A DNA stretch of 64,000 nt from Octopus vulgaris (lineage: Eukaryota), in the NCBI GenBank assembly GCA_951406725.2, contig OX597817.1, positions 132,618,001 to 132,682,000 on the forward strand, read 5' to 3'. The notes under the pieces were generated by a model. That model was not told the DNA's origin. It saw only the letters and a program-made list of their open reading frames with translations, and ran no database searches. Positions 13,176 to 26,127 of this stretch are shown here, in pieces (the first letter of the stretch is position 1; every line of letters begins with the position of its first letter). The translations under genes were made by a program, and so were the position numbers.

Positions 13176-13216
13176 TGGACTGATGAAAGTCCTAATATAG
13201 GTTGAAAGCTTCGGAA
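13176..13216 (+). ncRNA. Hammerhead core motif (degenerate stems)
   Basis: CTGATGA-AAGTCCTAATATAGGTT-GAAA-GCT-TC; stem I not well supported. Confidence 0.4.
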
Positions 13217-14237
13217 ATTTGTTTTCTATAACGGTGGATTAGTCGGTCATTGATGTACTTAAAGAACATCTTAGAAAAACTCACACTGCATCTTTTGGCA
13301 TGGAAACCTGGCTAACTCTCCAGCCTGGAAAAACAATAATTTTCTAATAGATCTTCATTAATATGGACTATGTATCACTTGTCCCGTCTTTATTTTGATG
13401 AAATAGAAGTTCGTCGGATATTATACAAGCTCTGCCAGTAGGATATGTCTAGAATAATAGTGAGGATAGAAGTAGATTTAAAGAAAATGAAATTAAATAG
13501 ATGACATTCCGAGTCAGATGCCTTCCTCGTGAACTCCAACCCGCCATCAATAAATAGAATTCAACTCAAAAATAAAATTGAAAATATGTGACGCTATCTT
13601 TTGTTACAAAACGCAGAGCGTTCTCTCTTCGTGGCCCCTCAAGATTTATGCAATATTCATCTTGTTTTACGTGTATTTTTTTTCTTTTTCTAAATATGTC
13701 TTAAACCAGTTAGAGTAAAATAAACGGCTTACAGTATTTATTTATTGTTGAAGAAGACGAATGAGTAATTAAAGTTGATGTTACGCCCCAGCTATCGACT
13801 ATACACAAATACAACATCGACTGTACATAAACACCGCATCAAGAATTCAAATGAGACAAGAAAATGACAGAAGACAATGTTTGTATAAAGTGTTCAGATT
13901 CTATTCTACACCATCGTCTCCGACTCGCTTCCTTTCTCTATTTAGTTATCACTTCTGTATCTATTTATCTACATACGTCTGTCGCAATATGTGCTTCTCA
14001 CTTTAGTATGGTTTGTTTTCTGCTTTGTTAGGAATTATTCAAATATTATGCCCATATACAATCAGGTCCTCTCCCTTTGCTCGTCTGCTGTTTAATATGT
14101 TTTGTTTTCTCGTCTTAAGATACTCAATCGGAGACAAAGACAGAAGAGATAAAGTAACACATAACCTCATCGTCACATATATACAAATTGCCTCGTCAAC
14201 AGAAATAAACACTTAGAGCCGTATACATACATCAAGA

Positions 14238-14288
<51 letters not shown>

Positions 14289-14437
14289 ACACACTCATAC
14301 GTACATGCACATCGACGCATATCATTGCTCATACTTACAGCTATATGCATAGAAACACAACCTTGTAAAAGCGCTTCATTGACAAACACATAAACACGCA
14401 TATTGTATCAAGCAGGCACACACACTCACACACACAC

Positions 14438-14511
<74 letters not shown>

Positions 14512-14854
14512 ACAGATTGTGTATTGTCCTTCTCTACACAAAGAACAGAAAAACAAAATCCAAACAAACAACAGTAAAATATTTCCCGATTGACAAATAG
14601 AATTTCAAAGATGGCTGTTGTCCAATTCTGAATGTCATAATGTCATAAGTTGTAGGTGCTTAGCAGAACAGCCACTGCCATATTTTGGTAAATATTGCAA
14701 GGCATTAAGTCCCCACAAGAAGTAAGGTTTGAGTTATGAATATTAAGGAATGATTCCCATATACGTTTAAAGACAGACACGACACCCATTCATTATCCAT
14801 CACCAGTTCCCATTGATGACGGCTTCGTTTTGATTTCAATATATTCTTTTATTC

Positions 14855-15243
14855 TTATATTCTTTTATTTGTTTCAATCATTTGACTGCGACCATGTTGG
14901 AGCAGCGCCTATTGTCGAGCAAATCGACCCCAGAACTTATTCTTTGTAGGCACAGTACTTATCCTAGTGGTCTCTTTTGTCGAACAGCTAAGTTACAGGG
15001 ACGTAAACACACCAACATTGGTTGTCAAGCGATGGTGGGAGACAAACACAGACACACAAACATATATATACATATATATATATACAATGGGCTTCTTTCA
15101 GTTCCGTCTACTAAATCCACTCACAAGGCTTTGGTTGGCTCGAGACTATAGTAAAAGACACTTGCCTAAGGTACCACGCAGTGGGACTGAACCCGGAACC
15201 ATGTGGTTGGCAAGCAAGCTACTTACCACGCACAGCCACTCCT
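14855..15243 (-). mobile_element. SINE family A, near full length
   Basis: Reverse complement of head (GGAGTGGCTGTGCGTGGTAAGTAGCTTGCTTGCCAACCACATGGTTCCGGGTTCAGTCCC) and tail. Confidence 0.9.
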
Positions 15244-15288
15244 GACTAAAATTGATTTATTATAGTTATACCATGTTAGCAAAAAGTA

Positions 15289-16107
15289 TATGAAGTCAGA
15301 TAAAAAAATCTCGGGACTGTTGCTATGGTAACGGAGCTAAAGTATACAGAGTGAAGCCACTTCGCACAGATTGATCTCGAACTCTGTCACGCGTGCGCAC
15401 TTAGTTATAACGTTCTCGCTCACTTCCGTTGTTATTAGTAGTGCTTGGAAGTAAAGAGTGTAGAGTGTGGTCGCTTCGAAAAGAAGTTCAGGTTTCAGCT
15501 GCGCTGGATCTTCTTAATTGTCGTCCACGAAGACGATAACATCTTGAAAACGGTCATAATGGGTGCCAAATCGTGGGTTATGACCCCGAAATCGAGGCTT
15601 GGAAGTAATCCCACTTGAAAGGAACCAGATTTCAAGACATCGAAGAAATCCAAGAGAATGAGGCAGCTACTCCGAAAAATAAGGGTTCCAGAAAAGCTTC
15701 CATGAATGGAAACAAGGCTGGTTAATGTGTGTGACTTCGGAAAGGGACTACAATAATCCCACGACTACCTCGTTGGTGCTCCGTTCCAAAACCTCCCACA
15801 TAAATAACTAAAATCTTTAAAAATATTAATACCTATCGTCCGCAGAAACCCGCGATATACTGAGGAGTCCGAGATATAAATTTACATACATTAGCTAGGA
15901 AAATCCGCGATAGACTGAGTGCGCAATAGGTGAACCGCGATGAACCGAGTGCGCGATAGGTGAACAGCGGTATGGCGAGGGATTACTGTACATCGAATGA
16001 ATGCCAAATTGATATGTGTTTTAGTCTACCAAAGTTATCAGTCATATGACAGACTCTAATTGTTCCTTTCTCCAGAGAAGCAAGTTTTATTCCAAGACAG
16101 CCTGTAT
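15289..16107 (+). mobile_element. Internally deleted mariner element
   Basis: Relic peptides GYDPE, LKGTRFQDIEEIQEN, FQKSFHEWKQGWLMCVTSERDY|IE*; right end approximate. Confidence 0.75.
15751..15988. mobile_element. Tigger/pogo-type MITE nested in the mariner
   Basis: Ends CAATAATCCCACG / CGAGGGATTACTG, TA duplication; removal restores GAC TAC ATC GAA TGA. Confidence 0.8.
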
Positions 16108-16519
16108 GCCTGACGTCTGATAATATCCTCTTGTCTATTAAACAACGATAACAAAGAGATTAATAAATATACCATAAAAAACGTGTGCTTTTACAAGGAA
16201 CCAATTATAATATTCTCGATGTTTGGTTGTATTTAACTGGTAATTATGATGAGTACTAAATTAACTGACAGGAATATTGTTTTAATAGGAAACCATGTCT
16301 ACCAGAAGTAACTTCGGTCTAAACTTATAGAATCTTCTCCTTTAAAAACAAATGATTTTTTATTTTATTTCATTTTTATTTCACTTTAATGTCCAATTCA
16401 AGTTTATTTATTTATTATTTATTACTTTATGTATTATTATTTTACATTTATTTTTCCTTCTGTCTCTTGAGACTATAAAAATACCAATAACTCCGTTTGT
16501 TGCAGAGAGGGAGACATTA

Positions 16520-17486
16520 ACATTGGTGGTGGTAAAAGCTGTTGGTAATCGTGGTATGTGTGGACGTGGTGATGACGGGGGGGGGTAGTGTGACAGTAAT
16601 GTTGGTAGTAGTAGTAGTAGTGGTGTTGATGGTGGTGGTTGTGGTGGTGTTGGTGGTGCTGGTGGAAGTACCATGATGACAGTGGTGTGGTGGCGGTGGT
16701 GTTATTGGTGGTCGTAGTAATGACGTTGATGGTGGTGATGCTATTTAGAATCAATAGGGCTGGAGGGTGATGACGGCGGAGGTGGTGGTGGTGGTGGTAG
16801 TAATGATGTTGATGGTAGAGGTGATATTTGTAATCAATGGGCTGGAGGTGGTAGTAGAGGTGATGGTGGCGGTAGTACCATGATGATAGTGATTTAGTGG
16901 TGGTGGTGGTGCTGGGGATGATAATGGCGCAGGCAGTAGTGGATGGTGTTGCCAGAGTCAAAGGATTTTGTTGTTCAGGATGGTGGAGGTGGTAATGGTG
17001 ACGGGTAGAGCGATGAAACTGTTGACGCTTGATGATGGGGGTGATGGTGGTTGTAGTGGTGGTGGTGGTGGTGGTGGTTGTGGTGGTGGTGGTGGTGGTT
17101 GTAATGGTGGTACTAATGATGACGCTGATTTGTCGATGGTGGTTCTGTTGACAATGGTGCTATTGTTGTTGGTGATGGTGGTGGTGGCGACGGTGGTATT
17201 CAAGTTGAAAGTGGTGCTGCTGAATGTGGTGATGATGGTGGCGAAGTTGATGCCAGTGGGGTCGGGTGGGGACATTGTTGTTTTGAAGGTGGTGGTGGTG
17301 GTGGTGGTGGTGGTGGTGGTACTAGTGTTGATGGTGAGACTGATGTTCACAATGAGGATGCTGATCGTCGGGCTCATGTTGACAGTGATGATGCTGATGG
17401 TGATACAGGATTCTGTGGTGCTCTAATTTTTTTATTAGTGGAACTACTCATCATAGCTTTGTGAGCAGCAGCAGTAGCAGCAGCAT

Positions 17487-17553
<67 letters not shown>

Positions 17554-17590
17554 GGTGGTGGTGGTGGTGGTGATACTAGCAGCAGCAGCT
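16520..17590. repeat. Degenerate (GGT)n/(GAT)n/(AGT)n low-complexity tract
   Basis: Direct reading. Confidence 0.9.
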
Positions 17591-17718
17591 ATTTGTAGTG
17601 AGGATAATGCTGAGCGGGTGGGATCTGGTTTCAGGCCCCAATCCGGTACAATAAACCACCCACATACATTTCATATATACATTCCCACTTTACAAACACA
17701 GAAAAAACACACTCACAA

Positions 17719-17788
<70 letters not shown>

Positions 17789-18120
17789 GCATACATATAT
17801 ACATATGATTATAAGCGTATAATTATATATATATAACTATAAATACAGACACGCACACACACAGACACAAACATATGCATGCATACACATACACTAAGAA
17901 GAACAGTGTATGTGTATCTGTGTGTGTTCAGGTATATATGTATACATACGCACATGCACATACACAGGCATATACACACATATATACAACCCTGCATACA
18001 TACGGACGCGCATACTGTGTACGTACAAAGAAATCATGACTAAATATGTGCAGACATTCTAAAGAATTATCCATCGTTTATACGTTTGGGTAGAATCTGG
18101 TTATGATTATTATTATTTTA

Positions 18121-18174
<54 letters not shown>

Positions 18175-18198
18175 ATTATCATCATCATCATCATCACC

Positions 18199-18230
<32 letters not shown>

Positions 18231-19735
18231 TATTATTATGTTTGTAATTTTACTGATTTTTTTCCCTTCCTACATCTGTCTTCTTCTTCTTCTTCTTCTT
18301 CTTCTTCTTCTTCTTCTTCTTCTTCTTCTTCTTCTTCTTCTTCTTCTTCTTCTTCTTCTTCAGTCTCTATCACACCCGTTGTCTTTCTTTTTCTCTCTCT
18401 TCTCTTATTGCTTTCTCTTCCTTGATTCGATAAAATGCTTCTATATTCATATGCTATGGCGAAAAAACACTATTTTCTTTGTTTTTCACAAATCAAATCA
18501 AATGTTCAATGTTGTGTGAAAACTGGCCACGAAAAAATGAACACAACAAACAATACAACAACCACAACAACAACAACAACACACAAAATTATTAATAAAT
18601 AAACAGAAAAGATAAAATATAAAAAAAAAACGAAACGAAAATATATATATAAATATAAATAAATATAAATATATAAAATCAGTTTGAGTCATGCGACTGG
18701 ATGTCATATTTTTTTCTTGTTTTGTTTAGCTTTTGTAAATATTTTATTTATATTTTCTTATTTTTGTTGATATTTTTAAAGAACCTATATGATTTATGTC
18801 AGGGGAAATAAATTATATCATTGATTAACATTGGTTATTGGTAAATTTACTGCGAATCTGAGACGTAGAGGAGCATCAAAAGTAATAAAGCAAAGCTAAT
18901 AGCCGCTGCCATGTATAAATGAAAGTGTAAAACGAAAAAAGAAAGAAAGAAAGAAAGACAGAAAGAATGAAAGATTAAATTGGAGAGATAAAATTAATAA
19001 AACAGCCAAGAAAAAAAGGAAAGAATTGGCAGAAAAAAACGGCAAAGAATAAAAATATATGAACAAAGAACGCCATTCATATCTTTTGACTCGGCACAAA
19101 CTCAATTTGTTTAAAGGACAGTAAGTGATGACTTAGACATAATCGACCTCAGTATATTACCAGTACGTTTTTATTGATCCTTGGGTAGGATAGGGTGGGG
19201 CTGAAGGTGTGCTGGGGTAGGGTGGAACGAGAAAAAGCGGTGATGAAAAGTAACGTTGACCCCCCACCCCACCATCCCGAGAGAGGAAAAAGGGGAATTC
19301 AAATAGGTATCTGTATGTATGTATGTATGTATGCATGCATGTATGTATGTATGTATGTATGTATGTATGCATGTATGTATGTATGTATGTATGTATGTAT
19401 GTATGTATGTATGAATGTATGTATGCATGCATGTATGTATGTATGTATGTATGTATGCATGTATGTGCGTATGTATGTATAAATATATCTGTACGTCTTT
19501 ACATGTACATGTATATATGTAAATATATATATAAAGAGAGTGAGAAAGAGAAAGAAAGGGAGGGAACGGAGAAAAATAAATACATATATATCCATTGATT
19601 TACTTCTCTCATCACCTCCTCCCCCCTCTCTCTCCCTTTATACAATATAAATATACATACACTTATTCATATCACAAAATATTAAAGTATATAATTTTTA
19701 CGTGTTTGTGAGTGAGTGTGTGTATGCATCCATGT

Positions 19736-19792
<57 letters not shown>

Positions 19793-19957
19793 AACATGGA
19801 TGCATATATATGTATATGTATATACATATGTATGTATATATTTATATATATATGCATATATATATGTATGTATGTATGTATGCATGTATGTATATATAAC
19901 ATGGATGCATATATATAAATGTATATGTATATATATATGTACATATATATTTATATG

Positions 19958-19991
<34 letters not shown>

Positions 19992-20003
19992 TGTATACAT
20001 AAA

Positions 20004-20049
<46 letters not shown>

Positions 20050-20226
20050 TTTGATAACTAACAAAACAAATATGTATGAATGTATACACCCACCCATGTG
20101 TATGTATATAGATAGGTCATATATCTAACAGACCGTTCTAACATTGCTGTCATCAAACTCTACCAAAATCAAAGCGAAGAATGAAATTATGAAATAATAG
20201 GTTTGGCATCTTGGCATAAAAATAAA

Positions 20227-20307
20227 GAGGAAGTAAAGTCTATTATGGTTGCTATGGGAACGATTTAATCCAGATGTCCCTATAGTTAGCGCAGTCAATG
20301 ACGTCAT
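20227..20307. promoter_or_regulatory. Candidate cis-regulatory cluster: ETS, RFX X-box, palindromic CRE
   Basis: GAGGAAGT at 20227, GTTGCTATGGGAAC at 20248-20261, ATGACGTCAT at 20298-20307 in unique sequence. Confidence 0.35.
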
Positions 20308-21344
20308 CATATCTAAAATGATGCTGAAAGGCGGGGATGCTCACAGACATTTCACAGAAACATCACAGATTTTACACTGTATATTACGGATCAGCATATT
20401 CACAACGAATAAATGTAATGAAAGTGCTTTTTCGTGGTTCCTATACCTTCTAGAAATAGAAATAGCAGCCAAATCGCTTTTAGTTTATATTCTACCATCT
20501 GAAAAATGGAGGAGGTTCTATTAGAAAATGTGTTATCAATATATATGATGAATGAAAGTAGGACTAGATTGTTATGCTTGGAACTTATGGTTTTCTGCAC
20601 ACACACCAGGCAATCATTCGGTATCTCTCAAACACTTCCAAATTCACGGTAGTGTTGGATAAAGGTGTTCATTTTTTGTGCCCAAATTCCAGTGGGTGTG
20701 AAAATTAAATATGTCATACAACAATATCTGAAAACAAACAACTAAAATAGCCGTGTTTCCATAGTAATGGATTTTGTCAAGCAATTGGTTGATGTAGGAT
20801 GTCTTTCGATTTCCAACATCGTCTTCAAGGAATCAATTCCAGACACTTGTTGCCTAGCATTGTAATAACACTAGCAGGGTCAACAGAAGAACACTCTGCA
20901 ATGTGTTTGGGATCGTTGTCACTGACTTAGCAATAACATAGTAAGACTAAATGTGTTACGCTGTCTCGTGGTTAAGTGAAGGGAGATGCAAAGAGAAAGA
21001 GAAACGGAGAGAGAGGGAGAGGGAGAGAAAGAAAGAGAGAGGAGAGTGTTAATAGTGAGATGTAGGAAAATGAGATTGCTATTATGTTACGAATAATTAG
21101 TTGAAAGAAGACGTCGAGAGTGTGTGTGAGTGTGAGAGAGAGAGCGAGAAAGAACGAGAGACAGTGAGATTGAGAGCGAGAAAGAGAGATAGATAGAGAG
21201 AGAGAGAAAGCGATTAAGAGTGAGAGATAGCGAGATAGAGATCGAGAGAGAGAATGAGAGAGAGTGTAGGTGGGTTTATTAAAATGGACGTGAGGGTGGA
21301 GAACGTTATAATAATTAACACGGTTTCTTTTAGGTGTAACGTGA

Positions 21345-21670
21345 AAAATGGAGCACTGCGTCGGTTACGACGACGAGGGATCACAGCTGATACGATCAAT
21401 GGAACACCTTGCTCGTGAAATTAACGCGCAAGTGGTTGAGCTTTCCACAGACACGTGTACCCTTAACGTAGTTCTCGCGGAGAGTCAACGTGACACAGAT
21501 TGTGACGAGGCTTGCCCTTTGATATACAGGTACAACTCCTTTTTGCCAGCTGAGTGAACTGGAGCGACGTGAAATAAAGTGTCTTGTTCAAGAACACAAC
21601 ACGTTGCCGGGAATTGAACTCACGAACATACGATCGTGAGCCGAATGCCCTAACCACTAAGCCACGCACC
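21345..21670 (-). mobile_element. tRNA-derived SINE family D (CORE/V-like central domain)
   Basis: Minus: GTGGCTTAGTGGTTAGGGCATTCGG...GAGTTCAATTCCCGG (A/B boxes)...GTGTTCTTGAACAAGACACTTTATTTCAC; relatives at 39230-39430 and 61620-61870. Confidence 0.85.
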
Positions 21671-21774
21671 ATTCCATTGTACCATTCCATTGTACAGTTT
21701 TCAAAATATCCGTGGAATTCCCACGAGTACTGCTTGCAGTTCATTATTTTGAAAAGAATATAAGATACTTTAAA

Positions 21775-22540
21775 AGGCGACGAGCTGGCAGAAACGTTAG
21801 CACGTCGGGTGAAATGCTTAGCGCTATTTCGTCTGTCTTTACGTTCTGAGTTCAAATTCCGCCAAGGTCGACTTTGCCTTTCATCTTTTCGAGGTCGATA
21901 CATTAAGTACCAGTTGTGTACTGGCGTTGATGTAATCGACTGGCTCCCTTCCCCAAAATTTCAGGCCTTGTGCCTAGAGTAGAAAAGCATATTTCTAAGG
22001 CGGCTAGCTGGCAGAAACGTTGGCACGCCGGGCGAAATGCGTAGCCGTATTTCGTCTGCCGTTACGTTCAGAGTTCAAATTCCGCCGAGGTCGACTTTGC
22101 CTTTCAACCTTTCGGGGTTGATTAAATGATTACCAGTTACGCACTGGGCTCGACGTAATTAACTTAATCCCTTTGTCTGTCCTTGTTTGTTCACTTTATG
22201 TTTAGCCCCTTGTGGGCAGTAAAGAAATAAGTATTTCGTCTGCCGTCACGTTCTGACTTCAAATTCCGGCGAGGCCTTTCCTCCTTTCGGTGGGTCGATA
22301 AATTAAGTACCCACTCCCACAAAACTTGTGTCTACAGTTGAAAATAATATAGGATACTTTAAGGCGGCGAGCTAGCAGAGTTTGTAGCTCACCCGACAAA
22401 ATGCACAACGGATTTCTCGCGGATCAATTCCGCCGAGGTCCACATTGCCTTGTCTTCTTTCGTGGTCGACAAAATATGTATCAGTTGAGGTTTGGGGTCG
22501 ATGTAAGCGACTAGAACCCCACGTGCTTATTGTGGAAAGG
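21775..22540 (+). mobile_element. Head-to-tail array of four SINE family B copies
   Basis: Heads GGCG(A/G)C(G/T)AGCT(G/A)GCAGA at ~21776, ~21999 and ~22363; headless copy at ~22232; core GTCGACTTTGCCTTTCA. Confidence 0.88.
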
Positions 22541-22618
22541 TTTACAGGATACTTCGTAAAAGATTTCTCCTACTTGATTATTGACTTCAATGTAAAGTAG
22601 CTAGCTAGAAAATCTGAG

Positions 22619-22766
22619 AAGTAATGTTACTCGCCACATCAATACGGCTATTTCGGGAGCAGATTACATCGATGACCAGCTGGAGGAAGATTCTCCTGGG
22701 TCAAAAACGGTGCTAACGTCGATTCCTACGGAACGTCCATATTGATGTGGCGATTAACATGACTTA
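22619..22766. mobile_element. Small foldback element with 26-bp inverted ends
   Basis: AAGTAATGTTACTCGCCACATCAATA / TATTGATGTGGCGATTAACATGACTT; internal GATGACCAG...CTGGGTC-AAAA hairpin. Confidence 0.6.
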
Positions 22767-22965
22767 AATGTAGTTTGTTGGAAGGAGTCCATACCTTTCA
22801 AATTTTCGGTTATTTATATAACTGGGGGGAAGTAGACTCTATTATCTGTTTCCAATATTCATTCTCTTGTGATGCCGGATACGTCTTATGAACTCAATGC
22901 TTGAAATATTTAGCAAAAGTAGACAATATATGACCATAACTGAAGGAAAATGGGTGAGGCAGGCC

Positions 22966-23079
22966 CAGGCATGGCTGCGTGGTAAGAAGCTTGCTTCCCA
23001 ACAGAATACTTCGTGGCACCTTGAGCAATAGTCTTCTACTATAGCCTCAGGTCTGCCAAAGCCTCGTGGGAGGATTTGG

Positions 23080-23080
<1 letters not shown>
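22966..23080 (+). mobile_element. SINE family A 5' part
   Basis: GGCATGGCTGCGTGGTAAGAAGCTTGCTTCCCAAC...TCTTCTACTATAGCCTC. Confidence 0.8.
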
Positions 23081-23151
<71 letters not shown>

Positions 23152-23219
23152 TATGAATGTATGTATGTGTGCATGTATATTCGATGGTATTCCTTCAGAA
23201 TATATATCTATATATTTTC

Positions 23220-23463
23220 TTATTCTTTTACTTGTATCAGTCATTTGACTGCGGCCATGCTGGAGCATCGCGTTTAGTCGAACAAATCGACCCCAGGACT
23301 TATGCTTTGTAAACGTAGTACTTATTCTATCAGACTCTTTTGCCGAACTGCTTAGTTACGGGTACGTAAACACACTAGCATCGGTTGTTAAGTGATGTTG
23401 GGAGTACAAACACAGACTCACAAACATACAGGCGCGCGCGCACACACACATACACACACAGAA

Positions 23464-23527
<64 letters not shown>

Positions 23528-23661
23528 GGTGGGCTTCTTTCAGTTTCCCTCAACCAAATCTACTGACAAGGCATTGGTCAGCTCGTGGCTATAGTAGAAG
23601 AGTATAGGTGCCACGCTGTGGGACTGAACCCGGAACCATATGATTGATAAGCAAGCTACTT
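23220..23661 (-). mobile_element. SINE family A lacking the first ~15 nt
   Basis: Tail TATTCTTTTACTTGTATCAGTCATTTGACTGCGGCC; head stops at GCAAGCTACTT. Confidence 0.88.
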
Positions 23662-24092
23662 TATTTCATAAAATCATAGACAGTACAAAGAGTGTGTAGC
23701 TTTGCGGGCTGGACAAAAACATTAATGAATGAAAATGAAATAGAATGAATAAATGAGAGACGAAACCCAACACCCGCCGATTGGATTTTTCTCGAAAACA
23801 TTTAATTTAAAAAAAAATCAATATGAGGTTTCAAACCTCTTACAAGAAGGAAACACTAAAACCTCTTATTTAACATGTTTCTTTTTTAACACACAATTGA
23901 GGTTATAAACCACTACAAATAATACAATAAGATGAGGTTTCAAACCCTATAACGGGGGTCTTTCACCTCCTACTCTTCGATATATCCATCGATATATTCA
24001 TCATTATCTTCAATGCCTCTTGAGTTCCTGTATCCCACCATTTCCCATGCCTCACTCATGTAGGACATGTAAGTCGTGTAAGGGCCACCCGG

Positions 24093-24977
24093 TCATATGC
24101 GACACTCCTCCCCAAATCCTTTAAGCCTTTGCCACAAGGGAAACCTTATGACCTCCACAGCTATCTGCGAAGGCCATTCGGGAACATGTGTGAAGGGCAT
24201 ATCTACTTTCTCTTTATGTTCTACTATTTTTCCCACCTCACCGCCTTTATAGTAAAAGATAATTAATTGATCATCTTTAAGGGTGGAGGTGGTTTCTTCC
24301 ACCGTGGGTGGCACAACGTCGGGACATGCAGACGGCACATCATCTCCCCGCTGAGATGACCCGTTCTTCTTCTTTCTTTTGTTTCTTTTCTTCCTGACTT
24401 CGGGAGAGTGGAGCTCTTCCGCTTTGTCCGGAGACTCTCCCCCGCCTCCCGAAGCCTTAGGTACCTTCGGCGGGCAACTATTGCTGCCCGCCTTCTTCCT
24501 TTTTAATCCTTTTTGAGTTGAGGCGGCTGAAGCCTCCTCGACCACATCCACCTCTCCCTTTGACCGGGTAGGGGAGGTGGCATCTAGTGACTGTTCCAGG
24601 ACCTTACCATGGTCCTGGGGGCAGTTCCTTTTAATGTGGCCTGGCTGCAGGCACGAGTGACACTTGGGGGGACGTCCCTCAAGTATCACCGGATACCTGC
24701 AACCAGCCATTTTCAAGAAATCTGGAGAAACCAGATCTGTTGCGGCCGATGGAATCCACAGGGTCAAAATCGCTTTTGACCCTTCCCAATCGACCGCCGG
24801 CAATACCCTTACATTTAAGACCCTGGGCCCGCCATCCCCCAGTTGTGGAACGCAAACAGGGCATAGTGAGACACTGTGACCATCCACTGCATCTCGACTT
24901 AGCTCTAGTCTTGACTTCGTCCTGCCACTGGAATCAGATAGGAAGGGAGAGAGAATAAGGCAGTTAACGTTGCACAA
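24093..24977 (-). CDS. Gag-like ORF1 of a non-LTR retroelement (CCHC zinc knuckle); probably pseudogenic
   Basis: YPVILEGRPPKCHSCLQPGHIKRNCP (CX2CX4HX4C); GC-richer island ~23970-25260; frame stays open 40 more codons after TGA to 23970; true start uncertain. Confidence 0.75.
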   Translation of the reverse strand: MCNVNCLILSPFLSDSSGRTKSRLELSRDAVDGHSVSLCPVCVPQLGDGGPRVLNVRVLPAVDWEGSKAILTLWIPSAATDLVSPDFLKMAGCRYPVILEGRPPKCHSCLQPGHIKRNCPQDHGKVLEQSLDATSPTRSKGEVDVVEEASAASTQKGLKRKKAGSNSCPPKVPKASGGGGESPDKAEELHSPEVRKKRNKRKKKNGSSQRGDDVPSACPDVVPPTVEETTSTLKDDQLIIFYYKGGEVGKIVEHKEKVDMPFTHVPEWPSQIAVEVIRFPLWQRLKGFGEECRI

Positions 24978-25948
24978 GTCTGCATCACTTCAATTCATGT
25001 CACACGCAAATTAAGATATCAAGAAATCTCAGAGCCTGCTTCAAGTCTTGTGGCGATGATCGAATTGTCCCAAGCCTGCACACAAGTGTTCCAGGGCATG
25101 GTGTCGTTCCCCACTGACCGAAACACCAGTGGAGTCCGGTAGACCCTTGGGTGTCTGAGCAGCTCACTCTAAGATTGTTCTGCGCACCTCCATGGCTCGA
25201 AGATGGGGCTAGAAAAGCTGCTTCATCTCACCGTGGCTTACATACCGTGGCAGGCGGGGATTCTAAATAATAGGGCCTCGATTCGAAACCTGACAGTTGT
25301 TTTTAGCTGGTCATGTGATTAGAAGTGGCAAAACAGCCAAAACAATCGCCACCCTTAACCATCTATTTAATAAGAAAACATTTTTTATTGTAGAATAACA
25401 ATGAGAATAAACGAAAACCATTTGAAAAGTAATAAAGGAGAGTATTGGAGGTGTAATGAGTGGAATAAAATATCAATAATGTTTGATAAATGTGGGAGCA
25501 AGGTTTCAATTAATAATTTTTACATGAAAATCATTGATACTCTAGTAAATAAGATACACTTAAAATGGCGGGTGGGGCTACGGAGGGAGACTGTATTTGT
25601 ATGTAAATCTGTATGTAGGCACACGCACACACGTATATGTAGTCTCCAACTAACACACTTATATACGAGTGTATGTATGTGTGTGTGTATATGTCTATGT
25701 ATTATATGTCTATTTATTGTCTGTTTATGTTTGTGTGTGCGCGTGCATCTATATACTCATACGAAAGACTCGTCCCAAATATAAACAAATATATATATAA
25801 TTATTTCAATCATACACACACACACACACACATGCATGTAAAGAATAAAAAGATTTGAATTGTACAACAATGCACTATATATACATGTATATATACACAC
25901 ATTCGTATATCTTGTAATGTGATGACTGAGAAATCTGTGTATATATGC

Positions 25949-25991
<43 letters not shown>

Positions 25992-26070
25992 CATGTATGT
26001 ATGTATGTATGTATGTCTATATATAAAAATTTATTATATATTATATATCTATATATATATGTATGTCTAA

Positions 26071-26127
<57 letters not shown>

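Noticed and set aside
16473-17426. Thr/Pro-rich or Val/Gly-rich ORFs resembling mucin
   Set aside because: Degenerate trinucleotide tract open on both strands, with no convincing splice or start signals
21775-22540. CRISPR-like array
   Set aside because: Units are ~200-bp SINEs in eukaryotic DNA, not repeat-spacer arrays
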